Origin: a virus
Strand: one strand, 5' to 3'
Length of the DNA: 64,000 nucleotides
IMG/VR virus record: IMGVR_UViG_3300022746_000019
Span: 26,008 to 90,007 of that record
Within the stretch, counting starts at the first letter, position 1; every line of letters begins with the position of its first letter. The translations under genes were made by a program, and so were the position numbers. This document shows positions 34,848 through 43,981 of the stretch, in pieces. The notes beneath the pieces were generated by a model. It searched no databases. It saw only the letters and a program-made list of their open reading frames with translations, and was not told where the DNA came from.

Positions 34848-36094
34848 CTGCTAATAACCTGACTTGCCTTTGCAGTTGCGAGGTAATCGTTTCTCAAATC
34901 CGCAGCGGAACCCTGCCACATTGCGCTAACAGAAGATGCGGCAGCGTCGGACAGACGGTTCGCAACTTTGGAAAACTTAAGCGTCTTTGCTGGCAGAACC
35001 GGGGCGTGGGAAACTTTCAATGTCGGCGGCGGAACCACAACCTTAGACGCGGGACCGGGCGGGGTCTTCTTCAAGGTTGATCCCAAGGAATCTAGGCCAA
35101 TCACAACTTCAGTTGTGTACATCCCGTCTTCCACGATGTGATTCGCCTCAAGGACAATCCAGTACCCGTCCAAATCCGAATTAACCCCAGAAATGATGAT
35201 TGGCATATCAGGCCGCAAAGTCGGGGTGCCAACAAGGACAGCAAACGCTCGGTAGGGGAACCTGTTAAGTTCCTGAGCCGCCTGCACTTCGTATTTGGCG
35301 GCGGTTACGGTAGTTGCAGAGGTGGTGACATCAAATCTATCGAACAAATCTGGGTTTACGCGAGCTCGGAGGCTATCGGCCTGTGAGTCGTTGATAACCG
35401 AAAATCGGGTGTTAGATTTAGGGTCGTAGCCCGTAACCGCCACAGCGCCTTTCATGGCGTCGCCGTAATCGACTGACTCACCAACAATTGGCTTAATAGA
35501 GTACAGCGACGGTGGGATGGGGTTACCGGGCTTAACTGCGATGAACGATGGAGCCTCATCAAGCATCTTCAAGTAGTCCTCGGTAAGGGGCTTGAAGAAC
35601 AGAGAAGTGCCTTCGGAACGTAGCGTATAGCCGACCTTCTTTGCGAGGTCAGCCATAAGTTGCCACTGCGTGTAGCCAGGGCTAGCAATTTGGGGGAACA
35701 TACGGTCGTGTGGAGCGACATCGTATGAGAACCGATTATTGACAGCAATCTGGGACACGACATTGGATGCCGTGGTGTTGGAGTAGACCTTTTGCACCGG
35801 CTGCTTCATTACATACGAAGCGCCAATTACATACACATCAACATAACTCGAGTCTGATGTTCGGGTGTGCACCACATGGTGGATATATCCGTAGTGGGTC
35901 TTAGACACATCACCATATTTTACGATGATGCGAACAGGCGACCCAGACGACAGCACTACAGGGTCTGGGTTCCAGTCAGCAAATCTAATCTTTCCCATGT
36001 CATGCTCATAGCGTCGCTGATCCCAATTAAACTGACTGATCTTGTACGGAGAGTCAGCGGTAAGTGGGAAGTAGACTTCTACAAACTTAAGCAC
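34844..36094 (-). CDS. Baseplate hub (gp27/GpD-like)
   Basis: Position, plus GTPTLRPDMPI..GYWIV..H. Confidence 0.8.
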   Translation of the reverse strand: MLKFVEVYFPLTADSPYKISQFNWDQRRYEHDMGKIRFADWNPDPVVLSSGSPVRIIVKYGDVSKTHYGYIHHVVHTRTSDSSYVDVYVIGASYVMKQPVQKVYSNTTASNVVSQIAVNNRFSYDVAPHDRMFPQIASPGYTQWQLMADLAKKVGYTLRSEGTSLFFKPLTEDYLKMLDEAPSFIAVKPGNPIPPSLYSIKPIVGESVDYGDAMKGAVAVTGYDPKSNTRFSVINDSQADSLRARVNPDLFDRFDVTTSATTVTAAKYEVQAAQELNRFPYRAFAVLVGTPTLRPDMPIIISGVNSDLDGYWIVLEANHIVEDGMYTTEVVIGLDSLGSTLKKTPPGPASKVVVPPPTLKVSHAPVLPAKTLKFSKVANRLSDAAASSVSAMWQGSAADLRNDYLATAKASQVISR

Positions 36095-36368
36095 GAGGAA
36101 TCCTCAGCACCTTCCCGTTTGGGATGTTCTGGAAGTCATCAATTTCGGGGTTATGCTCGGCGATAACCCACCACAAGTCTGGTGTGCCGTAGGTATCCGT
36201 AGACAGAAGGTCAAGCCGGTCACCAGTTTTCCATGTGTATTCTGTGTAAGTAACCGTACCCAAGGAGTCCATGTAATAGAACAGGACCGGGTGCTTGTCG
36301 CCTACATAGCCAAGCGGTAGATAATCTACTACCGCGTACTCGTAACGAGAACCTCTTTGAACGCTCAT
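36087..36368 (-). CDS. LysM/tail X-like baseplate protein
   Basis: SRY; GDRLDLLS..YG..LWWVIAEHNP..G..LRIP. Confidence 0.88.
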   Translation of the reverse strand: MSVQRGSRYEYAVVDYLPLGYVGDKHPVLFYYMDSLGTVTYTEYTWKTGDRLDLLSTDTYGTPDLWWVIAEHNPEIDDFQNIPNGKVLRIPRA

Positions 36369-37759
36369 CCTCGTGGATCAACTCCGCCCCAACTCGGGTT
36401 TTCAGGCAAAGGCTTGTACTTAGGAACCATCGTGGGATGGCGGGAGTCGGCGTTACCAGTGATAGTAAATTGCGTCGGGCTGGACCTAGCAACGACTCCA
36501 TTGCTTGGGTCACTGGTCCTAGCGCTTGCAGTAGCGTTGCCAGAAATACCCAACATATCGCTACCATTCGCCATGATGTTTGCCGTGATTGTTACATCGG
36601 TACGAATTGGGATGTAATCTTCAGTAAACGCAGTGTGGTTGACATTAACACCAGTCACGTAGCCCAAGTAGTACACAGGGCCCACTTCAATGCAGACAAT
36701 AAAGAAGCCGATAAATCCGACATCAGCCGTGACGAATCCGTCGCCAAGTGACTTGTTAACAATGTGAATGTCAGTGAACACGCGGTACAAGTATTCCAAG
36801 TCCGCCAAGGTTCCAAACTTCATAAGCCAGTCAAGCTTAGAGATTGCACGGTTGTTAATGCGGTCGTACGCACGGTCATACTCGCCGTAAATAATCTCTG
36901 GGTAATACTCAGAAATCAAAGCTTCTTTGGCCGCGTCCGTAAGGTCGCTTGTTCCATTTTTGTAGTACCTACGGAAGCAGGCAAAGTCATTAGTCCTATC
37001 GAGCCGCACGGTGAAACTAACAGTCTCAACGCCAGGGAACATACCGGCACCGCTAACCCAAATGTCGTCCTTGCTGGGCGTTACATCTGGCTGCAGCGTG
37101 GTGTTGGTCGAGTACCCTTCTGGATTCCACATGAACTGGAATCCATACTTTCGGGCGTCACCTGTCGTGTATGAGCCAGTCTGGGGCTTGGCTGCTCCGG
37201 GATTCTCAGGGTCCTCAGCAATTGTGACAGGGGCCTGGTCCTGCGGGTTAAACGTGTAGTAAAAAATCTTTCCGCGCCGTTCGGCGCTGATTTTTTTACC
37301 ACCGTAAACTTCTTGATTTACAAAAGGCATGCTCCACTTATGCGGAGGCAAATTCCACTTGCAGTTTTGCTTCATCACATACCGGCTTACACCAGCTGAA
37401 GCGGCTGTAGCCGCAGCCTTCTTGTTCTTCTTGCTCTTACGGATTGAATCTTCCGTATTACTGAACTTAGGGTCTAACTGTTGGAAACTTTGCCCAGAAT
37501 ATTGAGTACTATCGAGCGAAGAAACGGTCGCTTGTTCAACAGATCCCGCAGGCATTCCAGCAGGGTTTACTGTTTTCAGTCCGTTATGGCGTGCGTACCA
37601 AAGCAATACATCGTAAAAAGTTAGAAGGCTTCCCTTTTTTCGGTTTTGGTTGTAAATCTGCTTTGCCTCAGACCACTGCCACTCTTGGTAGGTATAGGTA
37701 ACCGAGTTTCCAAGATACGTTCCAGAACCGGGGGTGGAGAAGGTTACGGTATGGCTCAC
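36365..37759 (-). CDS. Tail tube initiator-like structural protein
   Basis: FQFMWNPE..; GYVTGVNVNHTAF..IPIR; lies between tape measure and LysM. Confidence 0.65.
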   Translation of the reverse strand: MSHTVTFSTPGSGTYLGNSVTYTYQEWQWSEAKQIYNQNRKKGSLLTFYDVLLWYARHNGLKTVNPAGMPAGSVEQATVSSLDSTQYSGQSFQQLDPKFSNTEDSIRKSKKNKKAAATAASAGVSRYVMKQNCKWNLPPHKWSMPFVNQEVYGGKKISAERRGKIFYYTFNPQDQAPVTIAEDPENPGAAKPQTGSYTTGDARKYGFQFMWNPEGYSTNTTLQPDVTPSKDDIWVSGAGMFPGVETVSFTVRLDRTNDFACFRRYYKNGTSDLTDAAKEALISEYYPEIIYGEYDRAYDRINNRAISKLDWLMKFGTLADLEYLYRVFTDIHIVNKSLGDGFVTADVGFIGFFIVCIEVGPVYYLGYVTGVNVNHTAFTEDYIPIRTDVTITANIMANGSDMLGISGNATASARTSDPSNGVVARSSPTQFTITGNADSRHPTMVPKYKPLPENPSWGGVDPRG

Positions 37760-39168
37760 TTGGTCTTAGCCTTTCGCTCAATCGTGGCCGCATCCAGCAT
37801 CCGCTTCAACTCACGAACCATCTTTTCTTCAGAGAATGTTGCAGGCACATTGATTTCAATCTTCACGCCACCGTAATTCACATTTTGGCTTGTCACAGGT
37901 GAATGTCCACTGGGTAGTTTACCCGAACCGTCTGCAGCGTACTTTGCTGGCATTGGCATACGCATAGATTCTGGAAGCTTGTGGTTAGGTACCACAACGC
38001 CGTTCGTAGATGGGATGAACACCTCAGGACCGCGCTCGCCAACTACATAAGGAACAGAAGCCGATGTAGGTCCACCATCCGCCTTACCAGAACCCTGCAT
38101 GGTGTCATTAAAGCCTTTGCCATATGCAAGGCCCTCCGCAGCAATACCCAACGCCTTAAAACTGGCTGTGAGGCCGTTGACAACAGATGCCAAATCGTTA
38201 GTGGCCTGCCGGACACCCACTAGGTAGGGTTCATCAAACTCTTGCGCCAACCCCAATTTAGCCGTGGTTCGCTTTGACTGAGCCACGATAACGCCAGTAG
38301 TAATCCCAGCCTGACTCATTTCGTCTTTGGTAAACCCTGATACACCAGATGCTTTCGCGTACAGCATCTGGATAACGGTCTGGCGCAGGTCCTCGTTTCC
38401 AGAAAAGTATTGGCTTAGTGTGAAATCCAAGGAGTTACCCGGAAGCAGTGCAAAGGCAATGTCTGCCTTCGTAATCTCTCGTCCTACACTCTTTCGGGTG
38501 TTCAATTGCTGCCAAAGCTGGTTAACAATGTCATCGATAGACTTAGGGTGACCAGCCTGATCACGAAGTTGCACGCCAATGAGTTTTGCCATATTGACAT
38601 TGCGTCCAGCCTGCGAGGACGCATACACATCGGCAGCGCCAGATAGACCGAGGCCTGGCATAACGTTTGAGATTGATTGGATGCTCTGAGAGTACGCTCC
38701 AATGTCTTTTCCACCGAAGCCCGTGAGGCCAGCACGCTGCATAGCCACCGCAGCATCGGTGAGAGATGTGGCCGTACCGCCGGCTGACGCGGCCATAATT
38801 CCGCGCTTAGCTTCGTCTTTGCTTCCAAACGCACCAAACGCTGCTGCTTGGCTTTGAGCCAATTGAAGCGCAATCGATTGGTTGAGGGATGGCAATTGAG
38901 CAATAGCCGCGTTAACCGCACCAGCTACTACCTTGCCCGTGGCAGTGGCCACGGCAGTTTGGGCCACCGTCGGACCACCGTAAGGCTGAGGGGTATACGA
39001 GGGCGTGGTAGCGCCCGGAAGTTCGGGCAGTTCTGGGAGGTGTCCAATAGAGGTGCTACCACCTCCACCGCCACCGCTGCTCCCTGCTCCCGCAGCGACG
39101 CGGGTCTTGATGCTGGAGCCTACGGAGCGGACAATGTCCTCCATAATTTGGTCAATAAGACCAGCCAT
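37756..39168 (-). CDS. Tape measure protein (short)
   Basis: Ala/Gly-rich helical protein after the chaperones; ADGG..YVVGERGPEVFIP motif. Confidence 0.8.
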   Translation of the reverse strand: MAGLIDQIMEDIVRSVGSSIKTRVAAGAGSSGGGGGGSTSIGHLPELPELPGATTPSYTPQPYGGPTVAQTAVATATGKVVAGAVNAAIAQLPSLNQSIALQLAQSQAAAFGAFGSKDEAKRGIMAASAGGTATSLTDAAVAMQRAGLTGFGGKDIGAYSQSIQSISNVMPGLGLSGAADVYASSQAGRNVNMAKLIGVQLRDQAGHPKSIDDIVNQLWQQLNTRKSVGREITKADIAFALLPGNSLDFTLSQYFSGNEDLRQTVIQMLYAKASGVSGFTKDEMSQAGITTGVIVAQSKRTTAKLGLAQEFDEPYLVGVRQATNDLASVVNGLTASFKALGIAAEGLAYGKGFNDTMQGSGKADGGPTSASVPYVVGERGPEVFIPSTNGVVVPNHKLPESMRMPMPAKYAADGSGKLPSGHSPVTSQNVNYGGVKIEINVPATFSEEKMVRELKRMLDAATIERKAKTK

Positions 39169-39178
39169 CAGTTACCCA

Positions 39179-39329
39179 CTATCTACGTTTGGTGGCTCTT
39201 TCGAGCCAGTTCTTTCGTTCTCTCGCGGAAAGCGACCTAACATCCGCGATTGTCCAACCAGGGAAACTTCTGAATAGGATTTCGTAAGCGTCCATCAGAA
39301 GTTCGTATTCCTTAGCGCTATAGGCGAAA
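39179..39329 (-). CDS. Tail assembly chaperone C-terminal extension (GT-type; frameshift product or ATG 39295)
   Basis: GWTIADVRSLSARERKNWL; +1 frame overlapping the end of the upstream chaperone. Confidence 0.65.
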
Positions 39330-40106
39330 CAAGCTTGCCAGACTAAGCGGAGTAGAAATTTTCTCACCGCAAGCCTCGCAAGTCGTCACCACCTCCAGCA
39401 GGCGTGGTCCGGGTGCGTTATCCGCGATAACCTTGAGAAGTTTCTCGCGGTCACCGATTCCGAGTTCAAGGGCGATGCGCGACGGAACAACGGGGAGACC
39501 ATCCACCATCAGGATGCACCCCGAGAGAAGAATCGTGCTGAGTTCTGCGGCAGTAAGATCAGTGTTCTCCATGAGAGACCGCTGGGTCTTGCCGTCCGGC
39601 AGCGCAATCTTCACTAGACCGAGCTTGGTCTGGATATCCCAGTCCCATTCGCCGTTAAACCTACGGGTCGGCACATCGGTATTCAAGTCAATACTGATGG
39701 GTACCCGAGTCGAGCAGGACTGGCAAGTGATTTCCGCGGTCAGTTCGCTTCCGAAGGTGAGGCTGCGAATAGCCAACATCAGGTGGTCGCGGTCTCCCGA
39801 CACCATCTGATCGAGCAATTCATCCGTGGCCTTTTCGTTGCCAACACGCACAACGCCTCGGCGAAGAATCATCGACAGAGACTTACCCAAGGTACCGGCT
39901 TTAGCGATAGCCTCTTCGTCCGCGCCATTCAACTCTCGGATTTCAACTTCGGTGACAATCTTGCCATCCAGTTCCACACCCGCAATGAGTTTCACGAGGG
40001 TGGACGCAGGAGCCTGAGTTTCAATTACGGCCGCAGGCTCCTGCGTGAAGTTCTTTGCATAGTTTGCCAAAAGTTCTGCGTCTGTTATTACTTCTACGTT
40101 TTCCAT
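39318..40106 (-). CDS. Tail assembly chaperone (T4 gp26-like)
   Basis: IRELNGADEE, GDRD..LAIR..TFG, CxxC pairs; lies between tube and tape measure. Confidence 0.8.
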   Translation of the reverse strand: MENVEVITDAELLANYAKNFTQEPAAVIETQAPASTLVKLIAGVELDGKIVTEVEIRELNGADEEAIAKAGTLGKSLSMILRRGVVRVGNEKATDELLDQMVSGDRDHLMLAIRSLTFGSELTAEITCQSCSTRVPISIDLNTDVPTRRFNGEWDWDIQTKLGLVKIALPDGKTQRSLMENTDLTAAELSTILLSGCILMVDGLPVVPSRIALELGIGDREKLLKVIADNAPGPRLLEVVTTCEACGEKISTPLSLASLFRL

Positions 40107-40122
40107 ATTGTGTCCTTAAGTG

Positions 40123-40758
40123 CTACTTGACTGCGGTGCCGTCCGACTTGACGAAGTTCCAGGTCAGACCCTCGTGAACGAGAATCATCGATTCGAACAG
40201 GATTTCGTTAGTTACGGAGCTGAGGTCGGTGTAACTGACATTGGTGATCCAAGCGTTGTGCAGAGTGAACTTAATCTTGGGAACCAGGGAGTTACCGGTG
40301 TTCGGGTGGTCTGCAACATAGATGTTGACATTGACGCGGAAGTTCTTTGCTCCACCGTTGGTGGTCGGATTGAGGCCGCTACCGGCCGTAACCGAAGCAA
40401 GACCCTTGACCCACGTCATTGCCTGATCGTTGCCGAAAAGGACGCCGCGCTGAAGCGTGACCGGCGGGTAAGTAACCAGACCGGGAACGTGGTGCGCGGT
40501 GACATTGAAGCCGCCTTCGCGGTAAGCAATGTCCTGGATGTTCATCGAGAGGCCACCAATTTGGGTGAAACCACCGACGAAGCCTGACGACTTGCCGCGG
40601 GTAGGCAACGCGTTCTTGTTCTTCGCATCAAGGATGCGGTTGTCGAACACGGTGTGGTCATTTTCTGCTGGCACGAACTCCGCGTAGAACCTAAAGTTAC
40701 GCAGCGGGTCCGATGCCAATGACGAAAATCGGCCGATGCTGCCAATATTCTGTGTCAT
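40123..40758 (-). CDS. Tail tube protein (T4 gp19-like)
   Basis: DPLRNFRF, GFTQIGGL, YREGG, VTLQRG, NAW, LVHEG. Confidence 0.93.
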   Translation of the reverse strand: MTQNIGSIGRFSSLASDPLRNFRFYAEFVPAENDHTVFDNRILDAKNKNALPTRGKSSGFVGGFTQIGGLSMNIQDIAYREGGFNVTAHHVPGLVTYPPVTLQRGVLFGNDQAMTWVKGLASVTAGSGLNPTTNGGAKNFRVNVNIYVADHPNTGNSLVPKIKFTLHNAWITNVSYTDLSSVTNEILFESMILVHEGLTWNFVKSDGTAVK

Positions 40759-40773
40759 TCTTACTTATCTCCT

Positions 40774-42291
40774 TTAGGCGACGGTGACGGTAGTTCCGCC
40801 CTCAAATTGGCCAATCTTGATGATTACATATTCAGCGGGGCGCTGGAGTGCCACACCGATTTCGATATTAACCTCACCGGCGTCAATCGAAGAGAGGGTG
40901 TTGATGTCTTCGTCGCACTTAACAAAGAACGCCTGCTCGGGCTCGTCACCGCGAAGGCCGCCGCTCTGCCAGAACGAAGTGAGGAACTTCGAACAGATGT
41001 CGGTCAAATCACGCCACAGACGGCTGTCGTTAGGCTCAAACACAGCAAACTCGGTCAAGTCCGACAGAGCCTTGCGGAGGTAAATGAGCGTGCGGCGAAC
41101 CGAGATGTAGCGGTCAGCGTACCCACCCTTGAGGGTGCGAGCGCCCATAACCACAATGCCTGAGCCCGGGATGTAGCGGATAGCGTTGACCGGGGCAGCG
41201 GCAACGTTCAATGCGTCAAGTTCAGCGTTGCTGAGGGACGCGATTGAGACAGCACCAGCAATACGAGCGCTCTGTCCAGCGGGGGACTTGAACACGCCAC
41301 GCGAAATGTCGGTTGCTGCATAGAGGCCCAGAACCGCACCAGCGGCGCTGATGGTAGCCGTGGTTCCACGAGTCGGGTTGGTCGGGTCGTTGACCACAAG
41401 GCTCGGGTAGTAGACCGCTGCGTGGGATGACGGCGTGTACGACGAGGCAAGAGAAATTTGGTCATCAGGGGTACCCGGACCCGTATCAACAACGACGAAC
41501 ACATCTGCGCGACCCTCTGCGTAGGAAATGAGTTCGTTGACGTAAGCCGGCGTGTAAACACCCGCTGCGTTCAGGATAAGCGAGTTGCGAACCGAATCAA
41601 ACTTCGACACTTCGCCCGAGATCATGGACTCAGTAACGGGCTCTCCATCGGTGCCGCTGCTGAGGGTGACGGGGGTAGTGCCCGTAGCAGCCGGGTGGTT
41701 CTCGGTCAAAGCGGTGACAGTGATGTAGCCTGACGAAGAATTAACCACGTGTTCGACAAAACGGTCGTTGGTGGAGACGTTTGACACGGCGCTGTAGCGT
41801 TCGACAGAGTATGCCGCGGTGACGCCACCAGAGTAAACGGCGATGTCGTAAACCATGTCTGGGTCTCCCACGCCACGGTTGGCGTCGTAAGCATCCGAGA
41901 TGCTAATGGAAACCGAGTTACCCCAGCTGCCAGGGCTGATTGCCGAAACCGTCAGGCTAGCCGCAGGGGAGACAGCGTCGTCATTGAGGGTGGTGTGAGC
42001 AGGGGTCAACGAGAAGTCAGAAAGGACGCGCTGCACATAAGCCATAGAGCCGCCGTTCTGGAAGAACATCCAGACAGCGAGAGGCAAAAAGTTTGTGTTG
42101 CCGTTGTTACGGTTCCAACCGCCGAACAGGTTCTTGTACTGGCTCCATGAGTTAACGACGGTGGGTTCAATCGGACCCTGGTCGCTCGCTCCAATGAACG
42201 CCGCAACGGCAACAGATTCTGCCGTGACAACCGGTGCAATTGGATTAAGTGTCTCTTCTACGTAGACACCAGGCCGCTGGTAAATGGCCAT
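40774..42291 (-). CDS. Tail sheath protein
   Basis: YQRPGVYVEE, GVFKSPAG, GARTL, YISVRR, VFEPN, PAEY. Confidence 0.95.
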   Translation of the reverse strand: MAIYQRPGVYVEETLNPIAPVVTAESVAVAAFIGASDQGPIEPTVVNSWSQYKNLFGGWNRNNGNTNFLPLAVWMFFQNGGSMAYVQRVLSDFSLTPAHTTLNDDAVSPAASLTVSAISPGSWGNSVSISISDAYDANRGVGDPDMVYDIAVYSGGVTAAYSVERYSAVSNVSTNDRFVEHVVNSSSGYITVTALTENHPAATGTTPVTLSSGTDGEPVTESMISGEVSKFDSVRNSLILNAAGVYTPAYVNELISYAEGRADVFVVVDTGPGTPDDQISLASSYTPSSHAAVYYPSLVVNDPTNPTRGTTATISAAGAVLGLYAATDISRGVFKSPAGQSARIAGAVSIASLSNAELDALNVAAAPVNAIRYIPGSGIVVMGARTLKGGYADRYISVRRTLIYLRKALSDLTEFAVFEPNDSRLWRDLTDICSKFLTSFWQSGGLRGDEPEQAFFVKCDEDINTLSSIDAGEVNIEIGVALQRPAEYVIIKIGQFEGGTTVTVA

Positions 42292-42330
42292 ATAAGTTAT
42301 CTCCTTAGATAATGGCGGTAGTTAGCAATT

Positions 42331-42948
42331 TTACACGGGATTGAGCGACGAGGGGATGTCCCCAGTAATACCGTTAATAACGACTTTTTCGACAATCTTG
42401 TCGCTTACGCTGTCTGCCTGGGCGGGAGTCATTTCACTCACAATGCGGACAGTGAACAGGTTACGGAAAACGCGACGACCATCTTCAACATAGTTGATTT
42501 TGGCAAACGCGTCTAAGAACATACTGCGCTGAGCAGTTTCTGTACCCAAGTCATTGGGAACAGCGAGCTTCCCGTACTTTGCCGGGAGGCGGTTTCGCAG
42601 CATCTGCTGCAACAATGCGCGGTCATGGCGCGGGTGGCGCGACCAACTGCTGACTTGGTAAACTAGGTCGTAGGCAACCGGCATGTAATATGTATAGACG
42701 GTATCTTCCTGAGCGGGGATGGTGCCTAGGTAGTCTTTGTCAAACATATACCCAGAAGTCTGGCGTTCGTTTGCGGGGCGAATGTCCACCAAGTCAATGG
42801 TGATATACGGGTAGCGCTGCTGACGGATTTCAACATCTGGGATTGCGTAGAACACGTCTACTGGTCGTTCTGGCTGTTTATCGTCTGATACAGTCATCCC
42901 AGCAAACAGGTTCTTCAGCGCTTCATCCTCTGAAAGAACAAAACTCAT
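42331..42948 (-). CDS. Tail terminator / tail completion protein
   Basis: YPYITIDLVD..PVAYDLVYQV; immediately upstream of the sheath. Confidence 0.7.
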   Translation of the reverse strand: MSFVLSEDEALKNLFAGMTVSDDKQPERPVDVFYAIPDVEIRQQRYPYITIDLVDIRPANERQTSGYMFDKDYLGTIPAQEDTVYTYYMPVAYDLVYQVSSWSRHPRHDRALLQQMLRNRLPAKYGKLAVPNDLGTETAQRSMFLDAFAKINYVEDGRRVFRNLFTVRIVSEMTPAQADSVSDKIVEKVVINGITGDIPSSLNPV

Positions 42949-43271
42949 AAAGACTCCATAATTGTGTCTACGCTGTTTTTGAACTCAGCGGCTATGGCTT
43001 CCTCTATTAATTTTGGCACTTGGGCCGAAAAACGTCGAATAACCGCCGTCGGAGTGTGCTTAGAGTTTCCGTACTCCAGCCCCTCCACTAGTTCCTTTTG
43101 AGCAGGTTCAATGGTTACCTTGAAGTCGCCCTTAACATCTTGAACCGAAACCGCTTCGATAGCATCTTCTGGCCAGCCGGCCTCTTCCGCCATCTCTTTC
43201 AGTTTCCTAGTAAGACTTGGAACAGATCTTGACACAATGTTTTTTACCATGTCATCGTACCCATTAACCAT
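42945..43271 (-). CDS. Neck/tail completion protein
   Basis: GWP..LEYG..P motif; start reassigned to ATG 43271 because the upstream sequence is a structured RNA. Confidence 0.65.
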   Translation of the reverse strand: MVNGYDDMVKNIVSRSVPSLTRKLKEMAEEAGWPEDAIEAVSVQDVKGDFKVTIEPAQKELVEGLEYGNSKHTPTAVIRRFSAQVPKLIEEAIAAEFKNSVDTIMESL

Positions 43272-43390
43272 AAAAACCCTCGTTTCACCTAGCCCACGAT
43301 GCCCTATTGCTACGCTTACGCAGAGGCATCGCATACTCCTTACGGAGGGGGCAAGATAAAGCAAGGGTTTTCATGGTCTCGCACGAGACC
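43267..43390 (-). ncRNA. Unrecognised structured RNA (long closing stem plus multiloop with GNRA hairpins) overlapping the neck-gene RBS/start
   Basis: About 27-bp interrupted stem with G-U pairs valid only on the minus strand; inner CTCC-GTAA-GGAG and GCGATGCC/GGCATCGT arms. Confidence 0.7.
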
Positions 43391-43404
43391 TCTACAAGAA
43401 TAAC

Positions 43405-43429
43405 GAAAAGGCAGCGATTACGCTGCCTT
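43405..43429 (-). terminator. Intrinsic terminator after the lysin genes
   Basis: AAGGCAGCG-TAAT-CGCTGCCTTTT. Confidence 0.75.
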
Positions 43430-43442
43430 AACGCTCGTTATT

Positions 43443-43886
43443 TTAAGCCGGAGCTGGTCCGCTGAGTTTGCCTGAAAGGTCGTATCCCTCAAAGTAAGTT
43501 GACCAACCTAGGTAGGTTCCACCCCACCGCGCCTTTAATCCCGCTCCAGACATTAGACCAATCATGTTGTCCACAGGAAGGTCGGTAGTCCAAATATAGT
43601 CAGCTTTATGAGCCTGCAAAGCTACATGGCCGTGGGCACCAATATCCCAGAAGTGAGGGGCTCCGATAGGGGCGTCAAGCGGGTTATTGTGTTTGTACTT
43701 CTTTGGGATTCTGGCCCACTCGGCAATAGCGTCTGTGCTGCTGCCCGGTAGACCCCAAGCCATACGACACACCTTTAGGCAATACCCGTGAATGGCAAAG
43801 GTTTGACTACCGTCGTTAATTTTGGTCGATCCGGCCATGGACTGACGCATCATCCAGTCAGCGGCAACGATTCCGTTTGTGCGCAC
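43443..43886 (-). CDS. CHAP/NlpC-P60-like peptidoglycan hydrolase
   Basis: GYCL..CR catalytic Cys; APIGAPHFW..HGHVAL; YLGWS. Confidence 0.8.
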   Translation of the reverse strand: MRTNGIVAADWMMRQSMAGSTKINDGSQTFAIHGYCLKVCRMAWGLPGSSTDAIAEWARIPKKYKHNNPLDAPIGAPHFWDIGAHGHVALQAHKADYIWTTDLPVDNMIGLMSGAGLKARWGGTYLGWSTYFEGYDLSGKLSGPAPA

Positions 43887-43888
43887 TA

Positions 43889-43981
43889 TTACCTCTTATT
43901 AATCTTGTCGTAGTGCCGCTTGTCCAGCTTAATTTTTGCCAACGCGCCAATAACTACTGCGGCTAGGATGGCAATAATCAC
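43889..43981 (-). CDS. 30-aa membrane peptide between the lysins
   Basis: Own translation MIIAILAAVVIGALAKIKLDKRHYDKINKR; GTGA overlap with the upstream stop. Confidence 0.45.
   Translation of the reverse strand: MIIAILAAVVIGALAKIKLDKRHYDKINKR

Noticed and set aside
40123-42291. Extracellular contractile injection system or tailocin rather than phage
   Set aside because: Portal, scaffold, capsid and replication genes are all linked, indicating a true phage
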